A DNA stretch of 64,000 nucleotides, taken from contig NC_134027.1 in the NCBI RefSeq assembly GCF_964204645.1, positions 22,096,560-22,160,559 of the forward strand, read 5' to 3'. The notes under the pieces are model-generated. The model had not been told where the DNA came from and made no database searches. It saw only the letters and a program-made list of their open reading frames with translations. Both the position numbers and the translations under genes were made by a program. This DNA comes from Tubulanus polymorphus (taxonomy: Eukaryota; Animalia; Nemertea). Shown here one piece after another: positions 25,301-40,300 of the stretch. Numbering within the stretch: position 1 is the first letter of the stretch; each line of letters starts with the position of its first letter.

Positions 25301-28300
25301 AGTACCAGTACGTTACTCAGGGATGAAAATCTTCTGTCCAAAGACGGATTTCCGACCTTTCAGTTTCACTTCCATCATTCTTGAAAACAGTGTAAATCCG
25401 GGTCACAAAGTGAGATCGGTAGATCACAGCGGCCGTAAAAGCGCTGCGAACCGTAAAAGTGTTCATTTTATGTGTTTTCCGATCTCCATTCAAGAGGACA
25501 GTACAAATTGAATTGTACAATTGTATCTATTTGAATTGTAAACATTGTATTGATTATACGCACGACACAGAAAAAGCCGATCGCGGACGCAGAACCGGCC
25601 CGTGTATCTGCCGTCTGGCCGAGGCCGGGGCCGGGTTTTAGACTTGTGGCTGCATCCGGGATTGTGACCGTGTTTCAGATGCTACGGGCGCAATTCAATT
25701 CAATAGTTGATTTTTTGGCTCAACTTCGCGGAAATTGTGTCAATTAATGGTAGATTTTTAGAAAATTTTCTAAACACAAGGGGGGGACACCCCCCTCGAG
25801 CTGGTCGTTGCGAGCACTAGTTTCTTTTTCCGACCTTTTGGAATTGCCCGTTTTCATCCCTGGTAACTACTGATGCCACCAGGCTCGAATCCCTGCTCGG
25901 TGAGGATGGATTGTTTGCGTGATGCATACAAAAATTTTAAGAATCAGTATAAATGCGTTAATCTTAATCATGCTGTTTTGATTATTTACAGAGTTCGTCC
26001 GGACAACGGAAAAAAAGAACTGAATCTTGTCCTCAAATAGCACCGAGCTCGGCGGAAGTATTGATTCCTTACGGTATCGATCGCAAAGTGGATATACGCG
26101 GACACCATTTTCCGGTTCCAACGAAGGTTAGATCACTTTCCTATCATTGTGATGTGGTTTCGAGTGATTTTGTCTGAATTTGTTTTGCAAATGAAAGCGA
26201 AAACAACCTTCGCTCAATTTTACCGATCAATCAACTGATTTAATTTCCCCATGTCTTTCGAAGATGTTGTCATCTAAGATTGTGGTACCGATAATTCCAT
26301 ATTCAAGATGGCAGTTTTCAAATTTCATAATCTGAGATAACCGTTTTTTTCCTACTGCGCAATTATCTGAAATGATGGTGTAAGATGGTCTGAATGACAT
26401 CATCCAAGATTCTTGCCCGAACTGTCAATGCACAATAGGAAAATTATCATCTTGAATTATGAAATGTGAACACCGCCATCTTATATATGGAATTATGGGT
26501 ACCGCCATTTTAGGTGAAGTCACTTCCTCTCGCATAAAGTTATATTACTTTACTACCAATATCTTATAATGGCAAAGGTATCGGACCAATAAATACGATA
26601 TATCTATTTATCTAGTGTGGCAGAAATTCTGAAATTGCTGATTTGTTTCGTAATTGTAGGAATACACTTGTTGTGTCGGGTATAACGGAGATTCGGATAA
26701 AACGCAAACTCTGAAGGCAACATACGTCAATGATTCACTTGTCGTCTGTGATCCGTTTAAGGTAAATATTTACTACTACACTCGTATATGAAAGAGATGG
26801 CATTCCCGTCGGCATATCCTTCGCCTATGGTTGATCTAACAATGAATTCAGCATGGAACCATTCATGATTTTCTGGACCTAGTTCCACAGTTGTGAGTTG
26901 GAGTGAGTTTTTTTTTTTTAAACATATAAGCGCCACGCAGGGCTTTGACGAGACCAGTGACCGGCGGCTTAAACCACTCGGCCACTGCGCCTCTCAGTTG
27001 GAGTGAGTTCATTTTCAGTGTTTTAACTCAGAGTCAAATCTTAACTCGGAACTGTGGAACCGGCCCATTGATGATGCAATGATCGCCTTTTGGTGATTTA
27101 TGTTCCTCTGACTTAATTAAGTCCTGTCTTGAAGAAAAACGAAAAGAGCACCAGTTGAAATCAGTTTTGAAATCGGTTTTGGCTTTTAGAATTGAGTAGA
27201 ACCATAAAATACTTATATATAAGAAATCAGTTTTGAATAGGCTTATAGGATTGAGTCAAAACATCAAATACTAGTAAAATACCGGTACTAGTCAAATACT
27301 AAATAAAGTTTTACTTTGTATTGTGGGTAGGTAGCCACTTGTCTATGGAAACCGATAAATTCCCGTACATGAATTATCTTTTCAGTACAAATACGAAGGT
27401 GAGCTCAGCACGAAGAATTTCAGTATAAGCCTGCTGTGGGATTCGTCGAAGTGGATCGATTATACTTACACGGTAACCGTGTACAAATGTTCGCAGCTCG
27501 GTTCGGATTGTAGCCGGTGTACGAGCCCCGAAATTACTCTGCCGAAATACAATTGTAAATGGTGTAGAAATACGTGTCAATATCAGACGTGTCCGGGACA
27601 CAGCACGCAAGATTGTCCTGGTCCGATCATTACGAACGTAAGCTTTTCTATTTCTCAAGTTCTTCAGCCGCAATCATACAAGCATATTTTGACTTGGGCC
27701 AAATTTGGGCTGTGCCACATAAGACTGAAGCCAACTGTTCACCAAAAAGGTCCGTTCCCGTTTGACACTGGCCAAATTTTGCCTGACAAAACAGTTTCTG
27801 ACCAAGCCCTTGCAAAATTGATACAGATTAAATTATTCCATGTGAATGCTGACTGGTTTTGGTCACTTTGCTTACCACAGCAGCGCTTTGATCTTACCAC
27901 AGCAGCGCTTTGATCGTATTTTAGAATCAATTTAGTGAGTTATATGTGAATAATTCTCCCTTTGTAAGCATGTTTGGTTTTCCACTAAACCGAAATTTCT
28001 GAAATACTCAGAATTCAAGACTCATAAGGTGTTTTCTCTTAACCAGGAAGTTCAGTGCCTGTCCGAAATTTGATCGTAGGCAAAAACTATGTGTACATGA
28101 ATTGAAAAGCGAATCTAGTGTACCGCTTATTTCAATAAGCCAAACCATAACTGCATAGTATGGTCCAGATCAATATTAGATCAACTGAAGATTTTCTAGA
28201 CATTGATGAAATGTTTTGTAGTAGGCCTACATGTGTAATAGGGAATTGATGAGCAAAAAATCTATGATACTTATTAAATTCAATAAAGATGTTTTGAGTT

Positions 28301-31300
28301 AGAACATACATATGGTTATTTTCAAATATCCAGCTTTAGACTATTTTACATCTGTGGATTTAGGTTTATTGAAATGTCTATCAATTTATACATACATGTT
28401 CGTTCATTTAGCATTTGTTGATTTGGAATTTTCGGGTTGAAAATCGTTCTGCAATTTTTTTCTCCTGCCATTCAGGTGGTACCAATGAAGGCACCGGGCG
28501 GCGCCGACGATCCCGGCGGTACGGAAGTGACGATAACCGGTTCAAATTTCGGCGACATGCCGATGAACGTGTCGGTGAAAATAAACGGCGTCGATTGTTC
28601 GTTGATTCGGAACGAGTTTGAAATCGGACGCAGGTAAGAAGAAGACGAATAATCGAACTGAATGGAAAATTACCGAAAAGAAATGATTTTTAGAGGAAAA
28701 AAAGAAATTTCATCTATTTTTATCCGATTTCGCTTTCAGGATAGTCTGTACTCTGGCGAAACGACAGGACGTCGATTTGAACTCGCAAGGCAAAGTTATC
28801 GTAACCATCGGAACGAGGAAAAAAGGAACGTTCGATGGATTTCAGTTTTTGGATCCGCAGTTGATTTCATTTTCGCCGAAAAACGGATTGTTACACGGCG
28901 GAACGACGGTGACAGTCAACGGAACGTCTTTAGATACGGGAAATAAAAGGGAAATTCATATCGGCGGAATACCGTGTCTGATTGTCAGGTAAATTTCGCG
29001 ACTCCGCTCGCGTCTGAAACCATAGTTCCACATAGACATATCTGTGTATGAATTTGACTTGGATCAACCCCCTTTATCCTCCCCCGCCAGGGATTCGAAC
29101 TGGTGGCATCATCGCTAGACTCAGCTACGGCACGACGAAACCCTGCCACTCTACTCTGAGTATACTACGAGAGACTACAAGAATACTCGTACATCCGGTT
29201 CTGCGACCGTAAGCACTACGAGTACAGCTATTCTTTGCTATTCACTTTCTCTATTCGCCCTCTGGAACACAGCTCCTGATTGGCTGGCAATCTGAACAAA
29301 CTCTGCTCATTGGTCAATTTTGAACGAAGGCTGATTATGTAATAGCGCCAGTGCCGACCATGAGTGTACTCTTAGCTGTATTTGAGGGCAGCACTCAATT
29401 ATTATGGTGACAACAAATGCGTGATGAGTTATAATCAGTGTTTTCAATAAGAGCCAGGTCCCGGATCCCAGACCCGTCTGTTGTTTTTTAAGGACCCACA
29501 TGTTTTTTCAAACCAGCTTTCGTTTCAGGGACTGTGACATATTATGGGACCCTCCTGTTTTTCGAAGGGACCTGGCTTCTTAATTTCTTACTAAAAACAC
29601 TGATAATAATTGTATATTTTCAGTCGCAGCGAATCGCAGTTACAATGTAAATCAGGCAGATCGGCTACGGTGATGTCTACCAATTTAACCGTGTCATTCG
29701 ACAAAGCTTATCGTGAAGCTGATGAAATCTATCGATATACTCCTAATCCGGTTTTCAATGTCGACAAGATGGCTCCTAAATCATTCATTGCAAGGTATGT
29801 TGTTTAGCCGTAGTGGACCATTGTTATGGATTCAACTCTGTGGTTTAATTGTAGGATGGACATCAATGAATATATCTTTATAAGAGTCAAGGCTGAAGCA
29901 TAATCAATCATAGTACTAGGTCTGGTTTTGAATATCTGGAAGATCTTTGGTCAAAATCTGGAGCCGGTTTTATATACTAGTATTAAATCTAACCCGGGGC
30001 TAACGCAATTCCTTTTCAATTCGAGTTACTCCTCGGGTTAAAGATGATACCAGCCTATCAAACTGGGCCCTGGCGTTCGGTGGTCATTTCTCTTGAGACA
30101 AACTTATCGATCTTAAATGAAGAGAAACCATTGAGGTAACTGAAAAATTTCAGAATCTTCCCTTGGGTCATGTGAATATCTGTATCTATCATAAATCTGC
30201 ACGTAGATATACGTATATCTTACTGGTATGCGATAATTCTGAACCTCACTCTATACGCAAGGACTGTGGAGGTCTTACCAATTAAACAAAATCGAGACAG
30301 TTTGAAGTTCAGAGACCATGTTTATGCAAAAGTTTTATTCTGATTTTCAACTCAGCCGTAATTTAATGAAATAATCAACTCAGATTTCTAATGTATTCAT
30401 ATCTTTAAATTTTAGCGGCGGCACTATCGTCACTATACCGGGTCGATATTTTGATTCCATTCAAAGAGCATCCGTTCAAATGCAAGGATATGACGGCACT
30501 TCATCGCAACAGGAGGTAACGAATTTGTCGTAGGAAATGAAATTAATCTAATGCGATACCAGCAACACCAGATGGCGCAACAAAACACTGGGTTATTCGT
30601 AGTGAAAATCTGTTCATTTTCAATGAAATTCGATGAACTTGATTTTTAGGCTTCCAAGTCCGAAAAATTATCAAACGAGTCCTCGGATAGATATAAGTAT
30701 CCCTTTTTCACTCAGAGTATGGTATCGATTCCGCTGAAAATTGATTTACAAATCGGAAAAGTTCACTCAAATTTAGTTCAAATGTAGAAGAAATTTGAAG
30801 CGCAGTAACCCAGTGCCACCTCAGTAGCCTTGCCGGTGTCCCATTGCATGTTTAGTTGTTATTTGCTTGAAGATATCAATACATTTTTCAAAAACATCAT
30901 TAAGATCTTTAGCTCACTTGGGATGTAGCACCAGGGCACCATTGATGTCAAGTTCTTTAGATTTCATGGGAAGATATTACTCTCTTGGTACCATCATCAC
31001 AAGAGAAATTAGGTCAATCGGACACAATGTTGCAATTTCAAGCAAAAAATCAAAATTATAACCTTGAAACCTCAATGAAATAAGTCCCATGATTGAGTGT
31101 CAAAATCATCGGTCTCTTACGTATTCACCAGGGGGCATTGGATGTTAAAATTTCTGATAATCGTGCATTCACCTGTTCCCAAGTAGGCATGGACCCATAG
31201 TTATATATGCTTCTAGTTGTAAAAGAATATATGTAATAAAAGAATGTAAAGTCTTGAATACATGAATACGTATGAAATGCAAAAATCAATTTTATGCTTT

Positions 31301-34300
31301 TATGTGGGTAGATATTTGGACTAGGCAACTTTTCTCAGAAGAAAGTTTTGGTTAGAAAGTAACTATCATTTAGATAACAGGCTATGGATAGATAGTTCAC
31401 TTGGATTTTTAGCAAAAACCATAATATTGTGACTAGCTAGGTGATGATATTGTAACAAAAAAATGTTAACACCCATTATCTAAGGATGGGCTAGGCGCAA
31501 GGTGTAACTATGGCTTCTTGCTGAAAATCTGATGATGATGATGACGATGATGATGGTGATGATGATGAAAATATTTTATATCAAAATTGTTTCAGGATTG
31601 CGAAATAAACAACAGCACAATCATGTATTGTAAAGTGCCGCGAGCTCCGAATGCGACGTTCGACATCCTCTCGCCGCCGCGAAAACACCTCCCCTACCCG
31701 ATCCAATCCGACGTGGCCAACTCGTACGAGGCGAAAAGCGATGAAGACCTTGAATCGTCGCGACGATTCAGACGAGACGTCGGTTTTGCCTGCAGTTCGA
31801 AAACGAACGCGATCGGTTTGATAGTCATCAACGACGAAGTGTGGAATCTGAATACGACTCGACCGTGGTGTTTCGATTACGTTCCCGATCCGATCTACTT
31901 TCAGTTCAGGGAAGCCGATAAAATCAAAACTTTGCACGGAGACGTTCTTACTATTCAGGTACGTGGTTGATATTCATGTACATTCGGATATATATGTATA
32001 GTTGAAATTGTATACAGCGCAAGAATCTTAGAATAGTTCACATGGTTCATCTAGTTTGGTATGGTTTCCCTAGCAGACCTGACTTCTACTCTTCAGGAGC
32101 TCAACTACTCCTTAAACATTCAAAATGCTCTCGTCTTGTCAGGATAATTTCTAGTTCATCTTCAATTGAGCTACTGTTTTTTAAGTAAAATTATTCTCAT
32201 TTTTGGTGCTGCAATCAGGTGATATCGGGTTGTCTGGTCTGTAAAGCCTTAATCTCTAAACTTTATCCGTCATTTCACCCTGGGCAGAAGTGACATGGTT
32301 ATTATTACCGGTACCCCTAGCTTCATGGAGAGAAGTGACATTGGTATTATTACCCCTAGTCTATATCTCTTAACTGTGTATCAGTCTTCTCTTCCTGGGC
32401 AAATGTGAATTACCCTGAGTCTATGTCTCCGAACGTGTACCAGTCATCTCTCCCTAGGTAAATGTGACATAGGTTTTATTACCCCTTCCCTATATGTCTA
32501 TTTTAAAAGCCAATATCCAAACCAAATGTGATCAGTGACGCTCTGGTATTTGTTATTTCTAACCTTTGCCGTAATTCAAAATATCTTTTCAAAATCGTTA
32601 GGACCTAATACTTATGAATGTGAGGTGTTTTCTTTTTGTTTACAGGGCAAAGATTTGACTATAGCGAATGAGGAATCTGTAGTGGTGACGATAGGTCGAG
32701 AGATATGTAATATAACCGCACTAGCGACCGAACAGCTTGTGTGTAAACCTCCGATCGATCAACCGCGACCTCTTGATCCCGACCACGAACTACCCGAAGT
32801 TATTGTAAGTATCAATCTCAGTTTCAATGTCATTTCATTACAGCCATTGATTAATATAGACTAATATATATTGCTCAAAAGTTGGTTGAAGGTAACCAGC
32901 AGATGAATACCATAGTAACAATGAACTTTCAATTGTCACTATGTCAGCTATCCACTGGTTAACTCTAACCAACTTTTGAGCAAATGGCCGAAGAAAGCCA
33001 ACTTGAAAGTTTATTGACACCCTTGAAGAATAACACATATATATTGTCGATGATGTAATGAAAATGATTTAGAATTTATGGGCAGTCTAACCCCGATATA
33101 TCGACGACATATGCAGGAGCGGATCCAGGGAGACACTAAAGAGTGGGTAGTGTAGTCTGATCTCTGTGCATTTGTGGCCAGCACACAGATCACAACGATC
33201 GTATATAGTTAGTGTAGTAATATACGTCCAGGGAGAGGCAACGTGTGAAATATGTGGAAAAATATCAATATTTCAAAATTTTTCCATCTTAACCACGGGT
33301 CCCTCCGGTATGCTAATAAACATGTTGAAACACTAGATACATGAATAAAGAATGCGAAAACGCTGTCAGAAATTGATTTAATCATATAGATGTAAAATTG
33401 TAGAAACGGTGGCCAGGTTGGCGGGTTCCGGTCGGCTATTTGACGCTGTTTTGTTTGTACGTTGAGAGCCGCGAACGCTGATACAGCGAGTGTAGTGCAC
33501 ACGTTTGCATTGTGTTTACAATAAGAATGAGGAGCATGCGACATTTAGAAAATTTTGAAAAATCCTCGAGAAAATGGTGGAATTTTACAGCATTTGAGCG
33601 ATGGTTTCAGTGAAAATTATGACAACCTGCTGAGCCGTGGCCAGGATGAGGTGTTGATAATTTAAATGAAATGATTTGGGGAAGCTTAGTAGGTCACTTC
33701 CGAACATTTGTCATCATAATTTACAATTCATCATGGTACTGGTTTTGGAATTTTTTGACACAGATTGGGAAAAAAGTCAGATAATTTTGAATTTTGAATG
33801 GGAAAATGGCCATTTACCAGATACATATATAGCCTAGCGGAATGGCTGGAGATGCACGAACTTAATGATTGCTCGTAGCATATATTCGGCGTCATAGGTA
33901 TATAATTCAAAGTCGCAACGCTACTGATAGTTCTGATTCCGAGGCAGCTAAGTAACATTCTTATTTCATCTTCTTTATTCAACAAACAGTGGGAGTTATA
34001 AGAAACGCTACATAAGTCGATGTGAAAAGATTTCTGATCTTGCGCTTTAACATGCTTGATCATGAAAAACTGGAGCGCTTTAACGAGGGAGAATTTGATA
34101 CCTGATCATCCAAGTCACGCATGACCTAGAGTGTCAATGTCTTTCCGAACTGCTGTGAGATAAGAGCTATTTACACGAAAAAGCCCCTAATAAAAAATTT
34201 TTGGAAGGCATTTGAGGGGGTGGCTAGCCACCCTATTCACCCCCCATTTTTTTCACATTTTTAGCTAACTTTAGCTAACTAAGTCCCGACAGGCTATTGC

Positions 34301-37300
34301 GTTCACCTTTTGTCAGTCATCCATCCATCTGTAGACCAGTTTTTTTGGGAGGTTTTGAGGATGCTTTGATGGATTGTCTTGATATTTAGTTTATATATTT
34401 ATCAACACTAGATACATTGTAACTGTAACTTTGTAATGGTTTTTCCAGTTTTGATTGAAAGTTGTGATACTAAACCAGTATGTCACAGTTCCACGGTTGT
34501 GTGGTGTAATTGATTTTTTGACCAAAGTTGTGTGGATTTAATTTCACTCTGAATCCAGTTCCACAGTAGTGTGGGTTTGATTTCACTCTTGATCCAGTTC
34601 CACAGTTGTGTGGATTTAATTTCACTCTGAATCCAGTTCCACAGTTGCGTTAAAAATCTTAAATGATTTTCAATAAATGAAACAATGTATCTCTGAATTG
34701 TTTGTTTACGATCGTATAAAGAATGAAATTCACGCATGAATTCACAACCGCTGAAACCCCGTAGATCTGATTTACAACGGTCTTGTAGAACGCAAACCCT
34801 CCGAACTTACCGAGAAAACCTGGAAATTCTAGAACAGTAAACACCATACTCATCGTAAGCACCATTTTAGTGGCTTTCGTTTGATTTTGAGATGGTGAGA
34901 CTTTGGACGCCGATAGAGTTTTGCGTTGCTTACTCTTGATGTATAAGACAATAATGAGAGCTATGTTCGCGGCGAAAACTAAGATATTTGTAATGATAAC
35001 GCGGATGATTGGGTCAATGTATTTGTTCATTATGCCATATATTCGCGTATAGATCCCGTGGGTGTAAGACATGTAATGAACAAATTGAAATTCTTTAAAC
35101 GAACTTGCCATTTTCACCCTCACCGTGATGGGATAGTACGTTCCCATAGCCATTGATAATAAACCCGTTGCAATGACAAGCGGCTTCAAGCTGCGTTTCA
35201 CGTACAGCGGAAAAACAATCGTAACCAATCTTTCACATTGAATTATGACCGTTAGAAAATTTCGAAACAACAAAAATACTTTCGTTATCATACTACCCCA
35301 AATGTTTAAGTTCACCGGATAGATTCGATCGTTCGTAAATTTCTTGATCGAGTGTCCGTATCGGGCGTAGTGCACGTAATACCGTATAGGGTATGTGACG
35401 AACAACGCCAGCAAGAACATAATGTCGACGATGGCGAGGTATTTCAGTAAATCGAAGCAGCGGTTTTTATTGACTTTTAGTTTGCGAAATACGACGATAA
35501 CCATCGCGTTGAACGCAACGCCGACTACGACTAGTGGAGGTATGATGTACGCGTTGCTAATCCAAGCGAACTCGGTTACTGGACTGTAGATGTAAACTAC
35601 AGTTTTGTTCATTATTTCATGAATGTGTCAGTTCTCTGACACCATTATCGAAACTGATATACTTGCATTAGTTTTCATTTGTATGACCGACGCGATGCAT
35701 TTACAAATTTATACCAATTTACGCCAACTATTTGTTAAACAATACAAATTGTTTTCTGGTGTGCATGCAAATCCTTTGTGACATAAATTTAAAAGTTGAA
35801 ACCGGTGAAACTGCTGAGCCCGGTTTTTGGGAAGTTTCTAATACGCTTTGATATATGGTCTTGATATTTGATGTACGTTTGTATCTAGTGTTTCAATTTA
35901 TATCGGGATCTATGCATATTTTGTAACCACATTCAATTGCAAAGTTGTGGCTTTTATCATGTTCTGTGATTGTGGAGATTTCCAAGGTCATTAGTTTCTG
36001 TATATGTTTGTCAGGGGGCATTGAATAATGAAATTGTCTCGGATTTCAGACGAATTCTGAAGTGGGCATAGTGTCTCTCTGGACCCCACGTGGGTTATCT
36101 ATTTTTCTTATTCTTCTTTTCTTTTCTGTCTGTAGGTGAAAATTGGAAACTTGAAATTCGAAATTGGATATTTGAAATACCCGGAAACCGGACTGCCGAT
36201 TTGGTTGCTAATACTGATTGGCGTCGCTACGTTTATCATCGTCGTCTTGGTGATAATGATTTTGATATTCCGTCACCATAGCGCCCGAGCTCGGCAGGAT
36301 TATAAACAGATGCAAATTGAATTGGACCGCTTGGAATCAACAGTTCGAGATGATACGAAACAAGGTAACTGTCACCGTAACCCTTCAGTGCATATACACC
36401 GCATGGCAGTGTATGAATAGGTAATGCACTTTGCTGGCACACCGCATCGCGGTGTATTGATGCAATCGATAATTAGTTTTTATCTCTATTGAATGATGGC
36501 AGAACCTGTCAAATTTAGTGAAATTACTAATGATACACCCATTAGTGTAGCTGGCACTAGTTGATATTATCACATCCAAAGCCTATTTTCTTCTTGATTC
36601 TAACCCTCACTCGCCAGATGGAATTGGCCGCCATGTGGTAGGGTCCTCCTAACTGAAATAAATCCCTATACCCGGATACTGATGACAACCCAAATACTGA
36701 AATGCAATACCACATTACAATACTCTGTATGTACAAATTATTTAATCAGGAATAGAATAATTCATGATTACCACTGGTTACATTGCGGTCACCCGTTGAG
36801 TTCCAGAGTTGGTTTAAACGGTTATCAATTTTTTTGCAGCTTTTGCCGAACTACAAACGGACATGACCGATTTGACGAGTGATCTGAATCTACGCGGTAT
36901 TCCGTTCTGGAATTATCAGTGTTTTACGTTTAAAGTCTTGTTTCCTGGAGTTAAAGATCATCCGATACTACACAAACCAGAGGTAAAGTAAAACCGCCAC
37001 TAACTACAGTCAAACACACCTCTTCAGATTCGTCGAATCGTGTAGGTTGTATAATCTTCTAAGTCTCGTTATCTATTCCAATATCTAATAAAATCTGCAT
37101 GAAAGTCATAGTTTTTGAGTCGTATACCGAAAACTGGCAAAGTCGTAGACATTGCTAGTCCAAATTTTGTTTTCCGCATAAATTTAGTAAAATAATCTAA
37201 GTCATAGCCTCAGTATCGGTTGATAAATCAGTGATTTATGCATGCATCGATTTTGAGCATTTTCTCAGTGAGGGCGACAAAATGAGAATGAGGATTTGAA

Positions 37301-40300
37301 ATTGAATACGCTATTTCACTATGAAGAGGGTGTCTAATGTGTGTGACATACTTGCTGCTGCTGGGATTAAGTATTACATTACCATATTTCAGCAGAAGAA
37401 ACCAATCACCGGAATGGAAGCCGGAATGAAACAGTTCTCGAAACTGATACGGGAGAAATCATTTCTACTCTGCATCATACGCGCGATGGAGGAACAAAAG
37501 ACATTCACAGTGCGCGAAAAGTAAGTTATCTATCACCGTTTACATTGAAATATCTGATCCCTTTTCAGACGTTTTCATTACTGGTAGATTTTAGCTCTCT
37601 CTTTCTCTCGTGAGCCATGGGCGAACAACAAGAAATAAACACAACATTCGAGTTGACGTGTTTCGATGATGATTCGGTTCGTCTGCTCTGGTACACATGA
37701 AACATACCGAAACGAACTCGCAGCACCGCATAGCGATGAGAAAAGTGGCAATCGTAATGATATTAATCAGTCATGTGATCATTTATGCTTATAGTGTCAT
37801 TGTGTCTCTTTATTATTTAGCTAATCAGCGTGCACAGCAATCGAAACAAGCGTTTCATGTTTCAAAAAACAAGCATGTGTTTGTTACGCAAAACAATGTT
37901 TCCGGGAACTGTGTTTCGGAGCAACGCGCACAATTGTGAAACAGAATTGTGTTCATCGCGTTTAAGTATTGCTGTGTGCGCTAGGATTATTACTAACCCA
38001 TGGGTCTTGTTCCAGACAGTTGTGGGTTAAAATTAGAACTAATTTAACTTGAAGGGACATGAAAAATCTTAGGGGGAACCAAGGCCAAGGTTGCCCTCAA
38101 CGTCCCCGCAAACACTGATCATAGCTTCCCAGTACATCTAACTGAAAGTCGAGAAGGTTGCAGCCCGGATATTTCAGCTGATAATTCGTAATCATTTATA
38201 TCGAAAACCGCTTTTCAGGGCAAATGTTGCTGCTGTTTTGATGATTTTACTACAAGATGATATGATGTACGCAACAGAGTGAGTATTATAGTATCTAATA
38301 TCTATCACAATCGTGATTCATGTTTTTCATCGTCGCATGAGTGAAAATATGATCTATTATCTATTCCAGTGTTTTGACGTGTTTGCTGCGTGATTTGATC
38401 GAGAAGTCCATCGCTAAAGGACAAACGAAACTGTTACTGAGAAGGTTTGTATGGCGTAGAAGAATATAGATTGATTTATTTCTGATAATTCTACTGTTGG
38501 GCCCAGTTCCAAAGTAGGAGTTTCTAGATGCAAGTTATTAGACCTATTAGTTAGTTGAATGGAATCAAAATGAGCTGTCTACAAAATCAAATGTCTGAAA
38601 ATATAATATGTAGACTTGGGGTAGTAATACCAATAAATATCGGAGTCACTGATCAGATTCGTTTGGATGTTGGCCACTCAGAATTCTCTAAAAATTATCA
38701 TGATAGAACTGATTACAAATCATCTTGTATATTTCTACTAGGACTGAGTCGGTCGTAGAGAAGATGTTAACACATTGGTTGTCGGTGTGTTTATATCACC
38801 ATTTAATGGTAAGTAGAAATACCGGTAATAGGGATGCCCGGCATCAAAGGCATCGCTGCGATTTACGAAAAAACATTTAGAGTAAAAGTCCTTTATAATG
38901 TTACTGTTCGGAACAATCGAAAACATGGTGGTATAAAGAATGGTATTTCTATCGAATTTGAGTTAATTTGGGCAAACTCGTTTTCTGAAACAGGCCGCAG
39001 CTCCTACGGATTTTCCTTTTTGGACAAGTAAAAGTCCTTAATAGTGCCACTGTTGGGACCAACAAAAAACATGGCGTTATAACGAATTGGGCATTATAAA
39101 AAATTGGTAATTCCATTGAATTCGAGTTAGACTGAACAAATTTGTTCTCAGGAAAAATGTTGATGCTAAGTAAACAGTGGCATTAAAGAGGATGGTGTTA
39201 TAACGGACTTTGACTATAGTTACATGTATTTGAATACTATGGCATTTAACTGCTGGGGATATAACTCCTAACTAAATCCATGTAAGCTGGTTGCTTCTGC
39301 AAATCCTCAACGGTATTTAATGATTATTTTCGACAGGGCTGGGTCGGACCGCAATTGTTCATGTTGGTGCTCGCGATTAAACATCAAGTCGAAAAAGGTC
39401 CGATCGACATATTCACGAATGACGCTCGATATTCATTGTCCGAGGATCGACTGTTGCGTGAAAAACTCGATCCAAAAATGCTGGTAAGTACCTGGTAGGC
39501 CAGCGCTGTGAAAGGGAGCAATCGTTAAAGTACAAAAAAATCCCAAACCGCCCAAAAAAAAAAAACGATCAAAAAATGAATACAGACTTTAAGTAGCTAA
39601 CTTAAAGAATATATACTTAATCATCAGCTTAATGTGCATGTTTCTTAATTCAATTCAATTCAATTAATTCTTTATTGTTCTGTAACGTAGTTAAACATTA
39701 TAAGATTAAGTATGATGTTGTTTAATGAGAATGGATGACAAGTAATGCAAACTTGCTGTTTGTTATGACATTTCACGATTGAAATGTTGAAATGTGCTCT
39801 AAAATCTATTCTGACGGTAAACCGCAGATACATCTGATACCACTACCCTAATACCACTACCCAGTATTACATGTACTAGATCGGTTAATTCTGAATTTAT
39901 GAACGAATGTTTGTCGAGTGATAGCTTGGAAGGTAAACAGAAATTTGTTCCTTTAGAAAATAAACCGGACGTTGTACCTTAGTTTTTTTTACCATGTATG
40001 ACATGAAATAGAAATTAAATTCAGAGCTGCCAACTGTCTCTTATCATTAGAGACATTCCCCGAAATGCCTAATTGTCCTTGATGGTATTTTTTATGCTAT
40101 TGAACATCTATTGAAACAATTTTCTACCGTCCCTCTGAAAATTTTCTAATTCTTCATTTCTCCTTGCTGCGGTCCTGAAAATTGTCACTCTTGTCCCAAT
40201 CAATACTACATGTGTTTCAATTTTTATCTACATGGACTGATTATTATTACTTACCCGGTGAAAAACAAGTGTGACGTTGTAAATCCTATGAAAAAAAAAT

